This document shows positions 35,488 through 42,033 of a stretch of 42,033 nt of DNA, piece by piece. The translations under genes were made by a program, and so were the position numbers. Every line of letters starts with the position of its first letter. The first letter of the stretch is position 1. Where the stretch lies: the IMG/VR virus record IMGVR_UViG_3300026283_000083, positions 1-42,033 of that record; one strand, 5' to 3'. The notes under the pieces were generated by a model, which was given only the letters and a program-made list of their open reading frames with translations, was not told where the DNA came from and searched no databases. The DNA comes from a virus. Its lineage: Duplodnaviria > Caudoviricetes.

Positions 35488-37622
35488 CGATCGACGCCGC
35501 CATTCCGCTGGCCACCTTCACGGTTTCGGGCACCGGGCCCTATCCGGTGAACTGGCCCTATGCCGCCGGAACGCTGGCGGTTTCGGTGCTGGCGCCGGCC
35601 GGATGGACCGACCTGAGCGCGTCGGTCTACACCGTTGCGCCCACCTCTTCGGACAGTACGGGCGCGGTGACGCTGGCGCCATCGGCCGCCGCCGAACACG
35701 CCGGGCGCCAGCTGACCATCCGGCGCGAGACCCCGCGCGAGCAGGGCTGGGAGGGCGTGGCCAACAGCCGCGAAAAGGGCATCGAGCGCGGGCTGGACCA
35801 GCAGGTGATGACCCTGCAGGAGCTGACCGCCTGGGCCGAGCGGTCGCTGCGCGTGATCGGCCAGGCGCAGCCGCCGCTGAGCCCGCCCGACGGCGCCATC
35901 ATCATGTTCAAGGACGGCAAGTTTGTCGCCGGGCCGGACGTGGCCGCGATCCTGGCCGCTGCCATCCGGCCATCGACCGCCGGCGACACGTTCCCGTCCG
36001 ACCCGAGGCACGGCTACTTGCACCACCTGACCGCCGGGCCGATCGGGATGTACCAGTTCTACCAGCCCTCCGATGCGGCCCCCGGCATCTGGATCGAGGT
36101 GACGGAAGGCAGCAGCGGCGACGGCGCCCTGCCGCCATTTGCCACGCGCGCCGACCTGGTGGCCTGGGCTGCCGTCTTCACGCCCGCCGTCGGCACGGTC
36201 CTATGGGCGGGCGGCTTTGCCTATCGCTATGTCGGGACGGCTGGCCTGCCGGGCTTGACCGGCTACACCTGGGCTGGCACCGCGCACCTGGAACATTGGG
36301 GCGTCACGACCTCTGCGGAGAAAACAGACGCCGTGGTGGACTACACGACGCAGGTGCAGGCCGCGGCAGATGCTGTCGAGGGCACGCTGATTTTCACGGG
36401 CTGGGTGAAGATCACTGACCAGATCGCAGTCAACAGCCGGTGCCGCCTGCATTGCCCGGAGGGGCGCGTGTATGGCGGCTTGGTCGTCGCCGCGGACTTC
36501 AACCTGTCGGCGGCCCGCGTCGTGGTGCCGGGTGACAGTTCGGTTGGCGGCGGGATCGGGGAGCTCGGCATCTATTGCGCCCAGAATGCGGCTGCGGCAT
36601 CCGGCTTGCGAGCCGATTTGATCCAGTATCCGCCGGTCCTTCTAATGGAAGATGTGGCGCGCGTTCAAATCGACGCTCTGCGGATCGAACAGGCGTGGAT
36701 CGGGCTGAAGATCGACGGCAACGCTGGCGGCCTGAAGGTCGGAACGTTGGAAATCGGGGCTTTCGGCGCGCCGTTCTATATCGACGGGCCGCTGGACTTC
36801 ATCCACATCAATAATGTGCATTTGTGGCCATTCGGCGGTTCTTCGTCGGTCAACCTGACAGCCTTGCATGGCGACGGACACGCTCAGTCGCGCATCCTTC
36901 AGGCGGATGGCCTGCACATCGACAACCTATCGGTGTGGCAACAGATCGTCAGCTTCGAGGGGCCAGACGGCGGGAACATCATCCCCACCACGTTCGGCGT
37001 CGTCAAACTGGACGGAGACAACGCCCGCTGGGTCCACAAGACCGGCACGGCCCTCATTGGCCAGTTCTACTCCACGAAGTCAGTGAACCCGCTGGTGTCG
37101 TCCATCAGGGTGGAGGACGGCTTGCTTGTGCTCGGGCAGGGCACGGTTCGTGGCGGCGAGACGCCGCAGGTCAACGTTGTTGGCGGGACGCTGCTGTGGC
37201 TTGGCGGTGAGCTGAAAAACGTCTCGACCGATGAACCGAGCGTTACCGTCACGGCAGGCACATGCCTCATGCAGGCCGTCCGGCTGGACTGGTCGGGCAC
37301 CCGCACCGTGCCTCTGATTGACCAAAGCGGCACCGGCCGGCTGATCCTGCGCGACCTGATCCCCGAAGTGACAGCGCCGGCGCAACCGCTGATCCGCTGC
37401 GCGACGGATGTTGATGGCGCCATGATCGACGCCCTGTCCCTGGCACCGCACACCATCGACCTGCCGACGATCTCGGGCGCGCCCAAGGGCACATATCTTT
37501 CGCGCAGCGCGACCGTCATGCGCATGCCCTCCTACGCGGACAACGCAGCCGCCGTCTCGGGCGGCCTGCCGATTGGCGCGCTTTACCGAACCGCAACTGG
37601 TGAAATGAGGATCGTTGTCTGA
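35484..37622 (+). CDS. tailspike/tail fibre 1 with virion-anchoring N-terminus and beta-helix (712 aa)
   Basis: gp17-like N-domain (LTIRRETP...IERGLDQQVMTLQE); DYTTQVQAAAD start of a pectin-lyase-like helix. Confidence 0.82.
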   Translation: MTIDAAIPLATFTVSGTGPYPVNWPYAAGTLAVSVLAPAGWTDLSASVYTVAPTSSDSTGAVTLAPSAAAEHAGRQLTIRRETPREQGWEGVANSREKGIERGLDQQVMTLQELTAWAERSLRVIGQAQPPLSPPDGAIIMFKDGKFVAGPDVAAILAAAIRPSTAGDTFPSDPRHGYLHHLTAGPIGMYQFYQPSDAAPGIWIEVTEGSSGDGALPPFATRADLVAWAAVFTPAVGTVLWAGGFAYRYVGTAGLPGLTGYTWAGTAHLEHWGVTTSAEKTDAVVDYTTQVQAAADAVEGTLIFTGWVKITDQIAVNSRCRLHCPEGRVYGGLVVAADFNLSAARVVVPGDSSVGGGIGELGIYCAQNAAAASGLRADLIQYPPVLLMEDVARVQIDALRIEQAWIGLKIDGNAGGLKVGTLEIGAFGAPFYIDGPLDFIHINNVHLWPFGGSSSVNLTALHGDGHAQSRILQADGLHIDNLSVWQQIVSFEGPDGGNIIPTTFGVVKLDGDNARWVHKTGTALIGQFYSTKSVNPLVSSIRVEDGLLVLGQGTVRGGETPQVNVVGGTLLWLGGELKNVSTDEPSVTVTAGTCLMQAVRLDWSGTRTVPLIDQSGTGRLILRDLIPEVTAPAQPLIRCATDVDGAMIDALSLAPHTIDLPTISGAPKGTYLSRSATVMRMPSYADNAAAVSGGLPIGALYRTATGEMRIVV

Positions 37623-39568
37623 TGGCTTTCGACTTTCCCTCCTCTCCGACCGACGGCCAGATCGTCACCTTCGGCAGCGTGCGCTACCGGTGGGTGGCCT
37701 CAGCTTCGGCCTGGACGCGGCGCATCGAAGAGGTCATGCGCACTCGACCGCAGCTGGTTGCCTGGCTGGCCGCCGGCGGCGTGCCCGAGGCCGGAAAGGT
37801 GTACTTCGCCGGCAACCAGGTGCTGATCGGCGCGCCGGGGTCGAGTGTTATCCCCGACCTGCCAGGCATGATCCCCGACCGGCTGGCCACCTACCCGGAT
37901 CACTGGACGGTGAATGCCATCCCCGGCACCACCGACATGGCGCCCGCCGCGCAGGCGGCCACCAACTGGCTGGCCAGCGTCGGCGGCGGCATCCTGCATT
38001 TCGGGCGGGCGATCTATGCCTTTGGCTCTTCGGTCACCGGGCTGGACCAGGTGCCGTGGGAGGGGCTGAGCCGCGAGCTGACCGGCATCTTCCGCCGCCA
38101 TTCCGGCTCGACCTATGTGCAGGTCGGCGGCGAGTGCAAGATCACCGGGATCGAGTTCACCCACGCCACCTACATCCCGCAAGCCACCAACCTGGACGTG
38201 CTGGACGATCGGCTGACCAACACGGCAGCCCACATCGACCTGACCGGATGCCGGCAGGTGACGATCGAGGCGAACCGGCTGGAGCGGATGCCCTACCTGA
38301 TCAAGCTGGACGGCTGCGACAACGTCGAGATCGTCCGCAACGAGATGATGGGGACCTGGCACCCGACCAACCCGGCCATGCAGGAAACCGTCGCCTCGGT
38401 CTGGCTGGGCGGCGCGCGCACCGATTACCAGCAGATCGTGCGGATGACGGGCAACCGCTGCACCGGGACCGTCGGGCCGAAGGTGGACACCACCTACAAC
38501 GATGGGACCGAAGACCGCATCCGCGCGCAGGAGGAAGGCAACTGGGGCCCGAAGCACCATGTGCTGGGCAACAATTTCGAAATGCTGACCCTGACGCAAA
38601 ACTACTTCAACCGCGCCTCGGTCAGCCTGATCGAGGTGGACCAGCTGAACGACTGGCCGACCTATGGCCTGCGCGCGACCGCCAACGAGTTCGACGCCGG
38701 CAGCTGCAACACCATCGCCGGTCAGAATGTCCAGGTTGTGATCCGCAACCGCATCGCCAGCCGGCAAATCCGCCAGATCACGTTCAGCTCCAATCTCTTC
38801 GTCGGCGGCTCGAAAGGCGTGCACGCCATCCTGATCGATGACCGCGCCGATGCGCCGGGCGATCCCACGGCCTTCGGTGTCATCATCTCGAACAACCAGA
38901 TGCTGGGCTATATCGGCACGCCCATCCTGCTGGACGGCGTGAAGGGCTTTTCGATCACCGGCAATGTCATCACCGGCTACAACTGGCTGGACTTCGGCAA
39001 CAACAACCCGGACTACGTCTCGGGGATCCGGGTGTCGGCCGCCTGCAGCAAGGGCCGGATCAGCGGCAACACGATCGGCGGTGGGTCCACGAACTTCGGC
39101 AACGCGGCGTCCAAGGGGTTCAACGGCGTCTGGCTGGCCAACCCGGACGATGCGTCGGTCCACTGCAGCGACAACACCTGGGGCGACCTGAACGCCGGCG
39201 GGATGCAGACGAACTGGAACTACAACCGGAACGTCTCCACGGCCAATGGCTACTACCGCAAGACCCCGGACGGTCATCTGGTCTGCTGGAACAATGCGCT
39301 CAGCCTGGGCTACCTGTCGGGCGTCGTGCTGGGGACACTCTGGACCTATCCCCACACGTTCGTGGAAAACCCGGTCATCAGTTGCCAGCCAAGCCATGTG
39401 GACCTGGCCGCCATCAGCAAGACCGATGGCGTCGGGCCGGTCATGAACGCGGCCACCACGATTGCCGGCGTGCAGATCAGGCTGCCCAAGATCGCGGCGG
39501 CCGCGACCTTTTCCGTGGGCCAGTCAGTCGGCTCCACCATCCGCGCGGAAGGGCGGTGGGCGGCATGA
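37622..39568 (+). CDS. tailspike 2, right-handed beta-helix depolymerase (648 aa)
   Basis: FDFPSSPTDGQ N-peptide; TDMAPAAQAA..GGG; repeated ISNN/ITGN/ISGN; C-terminal NGYYRKTPDG...WTYPHTF..AEGRW. Confidence 0.85.
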   Translation: MAFDFPSSPTDGQIVTFGSVRYRWVASASAWTRRIEEVMRTRPQLVAWLAAGGVPEAGKVYFAGNQVLIGAPGSSVIPDLPGMIPDRLATYPDHWTVNAIPGTTDMAPAAQAATNWLASVGGGILHFGRAIYAFGSSVTGLDQVPWEGLSRELTGIFRRHSGSTYVQVGGECKITGIEFTHATYIPQATNLDVLDDRLTNTAAHIDLTGCRQVTIEANRLERMPYLIKLDGCDNVEIVRNEMMGTWHPTNPAMQETVASVWLGGARTDYQQIVRMTGNRCTGTVGPKVDTTYNDGTEDRIRAQEEGNWGPKHHVLGNNFEMLTLTQNYFNRASVSLIEVDQLNDWPTYGLRATANEFDAGSCNTIAGQNVQVVIRNRIASRQIRQITFSSNLFVGGSKGVHAILIDDRADAPGDPTAFGVIISNNQMLGYIGTPILLDGVKGFSITGNVITGYNWLDFGNNNPDYVSGIRVSAACSKGRISGNTIGGGSTNFGNAASKGFNGVWLANPDDASVHCSDNTWGDLNAGGMQTNWNYNRNVSTANGYYRKTPDGHLVCWNNALSLGYLSGVVLGTLWTYPHTFVENPVISCQPSHVDLAAISKTDGVGPVMNAATTIAGVQIRLPKIAAAATFSVGQSVGSTIRAEGRWAA

Positions 39569-39885
39569 TCGACGGGCATGAACAGGGGCTGGTCGAGGGC
39601 CTGCAGCGCATCATCGGCGGCGGCGCCACTTCGGTGCTGGCCGGCGTGGCGGGGCGGCTGATGTGGCACGCAGGCGAGGTTCGCGCAAAGCGGCGCCCGG
39701 TGTTCACCTGGTCGCTGCTCTGGGAGCTGCCGCTGGCCTTCGGCATGGCGCTGATCGGAGACGGGCTGGGCGATTACCTCAGCCTGTCCGACACGGCCAC
39801 GGTCGGCGTCATCGCCGCCCTGTCCTATCTCGGGCCACGCGGTGCCGGGGCGCTGCTGGAACGCTGGCTGGCGAGGGGTAGATGA
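39565..39885 (+). CDS. LydA-like holin (106 aa)
   Basis: Three hydrophobic segments; GRLMWH...WELPLAFGM...SYLGPR; precedes endolysin. Confidence 0.75.
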   Translation: MIDGHEQGLVEGLQRIIGGGATSVLAGVAGRLMWHAGEVRAKRRPVFTWSLLWELPLAFGMALIGDGLGDYLSLSDTATVGVIAALSYLGPRGAGALLERWLARGR

Positions 39886-40586
39886 CCCTTGCCGATTGGC
39901 TTTCCCACTTCTTCGGGCCGCGCCGCGCGGCCCCTTCACGCACTTCAACCACAGGACCGACCATGATCCCGATCGACTTCAAGGGCCGCGCGAAGCGGCT
40001 GGACGCCTGGGACTTCGGCCGCCTCGGCCGGCTGTTGCTTCTGGGCGAAGACGAGCTGCGCGCGGTGGTGGAGGTCGAATGCTCGGGCAGCGGCTTTGAC
40101 GCGCAGGGCCGGCCCAAGATGCTGTTCGAACCGCATGTCTTCTGGCGCGAGCTGGGCGAGGCCAAGCGCAAGCTGGCCGAGACGCAGGGCCTGGCCTATC
40201 CGCGGTGGGGCACCAAGCCCTATCCGGCCGACAGCTACCCGCGGCTGGAGCGCGCCATCAAGATCGACCGACCGGCCGCCCTGCGCGCCGCCAGCTGGGG
40301 GCTGGGCCAGATCCTGGGGGCCAACCACAAGGCCGCGGGCTATGCCTCGGCCGAGGCGATGGTGGCGGCCTTCTGCGAAGACGAGGAGGTGCACCTTGAG
40401 GCGATGGTGCGCTTCATCCTGTCGGAGCACCTGGACGACGAGCTGCGCCGGCATGACTGGTCGGCCTTCGCGCGCGGCTACAACGGCCCGAAATATGCCG
40501 CCCATGGCTACCACACGCGGCTGGCGGCGGCCCATGCCAAATGGGCCAAGCGGCCTGACACACCCGTGCCGGCGGGCGCCTCGTGA
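39882..40586 (+). CDS. endolysin, N-acetylmuramidase (DUF3380-type); alternative start 39963
   Basis: AVVEVECSGSGF...PKMLFEPHVF...SWGLGQILG.N...FARGYNGP.Y. Confidence 0.92.
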   Translation: MTLADWLSHFFGPRRAAPSRTSTTGPTMIPIDFKGRAKRLDAWDFGRLGRLLLLGEDELRAVVEVECSGSGFDAQGRPKMLFEPHVFWRELGEAKRKLAETQGLAYPRWGTKPYPADSYPRLERAIKIDRPAALRAASWGLGQILGANHKAAGYASAEAMVAAFCEDEEVHLEAMVRFILSEHLDDELRRHDWSAFARGYNGPKYAAHGYHTRLAAAHAKWAKRPDTPVPAGAS

Positions 40587-40936
40587 GGCGGCGCAGCAAC
40601 GCGCCCCAGCCCTTTGCGGGCTATGGCCAGGCCGACCTGCCCGCGCGGCTGGCCGGCATGGCCACCGTGGACGACTTGCCCCTGGCCGGCGCTGCCACGC
40701 TGACCCTGCCCACGGCGCGGCTGGAGCATGTCGAGACCGTCGCGGCGCCCGGCGTCACCGCTGGCCGCGTGGCCCTGGCCCTGCCGGCGCCCGGCACGGA
40801 TGCCGACGAGAACGTGGCCGAGATGCTGGACCTGCGCCTGATGACCGCCGCCGCCGGCGCCGACGCGATCACCGTGACGGCGATCTTTGACGTGCCCACC
40901 TCGGGCCCCGTGCCCATCCTCTGGAGTGTGACCTGA
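40583..40936 (+). CDS. hypothetical beta-rich protein (117 aa)
   Basis: GTGA and TGATG overlaps. Confidence 0.7.
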   Translation: MRRRSNAPQPFAGYGQADLPARLAGMATVDDLPLAGAATLTLPTARLEHVETVAAPGVTAGRVALALPAPGTDADENVAEMLDLRLMTAAAGADAITVTAIFDVPTSGPVPILWSVT

Positions 40937-41688
40937 TGGCCAAGCTGTCCACGGACCTGTCGCCCGGCACCCTGCACCCGCGCGAGGCGCTGTTTGTCCA
41001 GGGCAACCTGGGCGCCGTCAATGCCGAGATCGTCGTGGATTGCGACGGATCGGGCGTGGTGACGCTGGACCTGCGCGGCACGTTCAGCCTGACCGTGGAG
41101 GTGGCGGGCACGGTGGACGGGGTGAACTGGACCCCGATCCCCGTGCGACCGCTGAACGTGGCCTCGAAGCTGTATGTCGCGGCCGTGGCGGGAACGACGC
41201 AGGGTGTCTGGGCGGGCAATTGCGCCGGCTTCCGCCAGGTGCGCGCCCGTGCGACGGCCTGGACCTCTGGCGCGGCCGTAGCCACGCTGGCTGCCAACGC
41301 CCTGCCCTTCTCGGACCTGTTCGAGGGGCTGTGCACCGCCTCGCTCGGAACCGCCGTCGGCGCCGCTGGTGCCGCCGTGACGCTGACCCTGGCCGCGCCG
41401 GGCGCAGGCTTGCGTCACTATCTGACCTACCTGTCCATCAACCGCTTCGCCGCGGCTCTGCTGACGGCGTCTTCGACGCCCGTGACGGTGACGACGACCA
41501 ACCTGCCCGGCAGCCTGGCCTTCACCTTCGCGGCCGACGCGCTGGCCCTGGGCGCGATCGACCGCTGGCGCGAGGACTTTGCCTATCCGCTGGCGGCATC
41601 GGCCCAGAACACCGCCACCACCATCGTCTGCCCGGCCACCACCAACGTGATCTGGCGGGTCACCGCCGGCTTCTATGTCGCCCCCTGA
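40936..41688 (+). CDS. hypothetical beta-rich protein (250 aa), possibly virion-associated
   Basis: VEVAGTVDGVNW..RQVRARATAWTSG jelly-roll-like pattern. Confidence 0.7.
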   Translation: MAKLSTDLSPGTLHPREALFVQGNLGAVNAEIVVDCDGSGVVTLDLRGTFSLTVEVAGTVDGVNWTPIPVRPLNVASKLYVAAVAGTTQGVWAGNCAGFRQVRARATAWTSGAAVATLAANALPFSDLFEGLCTASLGTAVGAAGAAVTLTLAAPGAGLRHYLTYLSINRFAAALLTASSTPVTVTTTNLPGSLAFTFAADALALGAIDRWREDFAYPLAASAQNTATTIVCPATTNVIWRVTAGFYVAP

Positions 41689-41700
41689 GAGGATCTGCCC

Positions 41701-42033
41701 ATGAACCTGCACACGCTTTGGAACCTGCTGTCCCCCTACCTGGTCGAGCTGCTGGCCGGCCTGATCACCATTTTCATCGCCCAGGTGTCGCTGGCCGTTC
41801 GGCGCCGAACGGGGCTGGAGATCGAGGGCGCCCTGCGCCAGGCGCTACACCAGGCGCTTCAGACCGGCGCGACGGCCGCCGCCGCCGAAGGGCTGACCGG
41901 CACGGCCGCGATCGAGGCCACGATCAACCACGCCAAGGCTTCGGTCCCCGACGCGATCCGCAAGCTCGCCCCGTCGCCCGAGGTGCTGGCCAACATCGCC
42001 GTTGCCAAGCTGCAGGCGATCCTCGCCCGCTAG
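41701..42033 (+). CDS. membrane protein, holin-like (110 aa)
   Basis: N-terminal TM followed by RRR; RQALHQAL...SVPDAIRKL; GAGGA RBS. Confidence 0.65.
   Translation: MNLHTLWNLLSPYLVELLAGLITIFIAQVSLAVRRRTGLEIEGALRQALHQALQTGATAAAAEGLTGTAAIEATINHAKASVPDAIRKLAPSPEVLANIAVAKLQAILAR

Larger units (their letters stand above)
1..42033. mobile_element. Temperate podovirus-type prophage/phage genome (BPP-1/T7-like virion module, lambda-like cI/cro switch)
   Basis: Integrase, repressor/cro, primase/helicase, terminase, portal, capsid, tail tubular proteins, ejection proteins, tailspikes, holin and endolysin in canonical order; no tape measure or sheath gene; att sites not seen. Confidence 0.95.

Noticed and set aside
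2089..39397. Many long antisense or alternate-frame ORFs (e.g. 2089-3495, 14728-16530, 18229-19956, 27909-29972, 32875-35337, 37700-39397)
   Set aside because: Shadows of high-GC3 genes; low-complexity translations without motifs
35484..42033. Diversity-generating retroelement, as in BPP-1
   Set aside because: No reverse transcriptase motif and no TR/VR repeat pair noticed
1..42033. tRNA, rRNA, IS elements, RNA/DNA polymerase, att direct repeats
   Set aside because: None recognised by eye; the window ends at stop codons, so att sites probably lie outside

Overview
The window is a GC-rich, apparently near-complete temperate podovirus-type (pro)phage, trimmed exactly at a stop codon at each end. 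The host is inferred to be an alphaproteobacterium, probably Rhodobacteraceae. Left arm (minus strand): a translationally coupled early operon containing an Acb2/Tad1-like nucleotide-sponge candidate, small Cys-rich ORFs, an internally placed tyrosine integrase, an AlpA-like excisionase, a Lar-like protein and HU. Next come a membrane protein, a cI-like repressor whose S24 domain lacks the catalytic dyad, and a divergent cro. Right arm (plus strand): Toprim primase, P-loop helicase, a DUF3310 fusion, an iteron-rich putative origin, terS/terL, BPP-1/T7-type portal, scaffold, capsid, tail tubular A/B, four ejection proteins (one with lysozyme plus ddrB-like ParB domains), two beta-helix tailspikes and a lysis cassette. 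Between scaffold and capsid lies an insert with a lipoprotein and a P1-type c4 antisense RNA/BRO antirepressor module. The most notable signals are: a G12 tract that switches between a 4-Cys protein and a fusion to Lar; a c4-controlled antirepressor paired with an apparently uncleavable repressor; a capsid 5' leader with a twice-repeated G-U/CAC-bulge RNA motif; a kissing-loop pseudoknot in the early operon; and an Acb2-like protein with an altered ligand-pocket residue. All family assignments come from motif recognition by eye; no searches were run.
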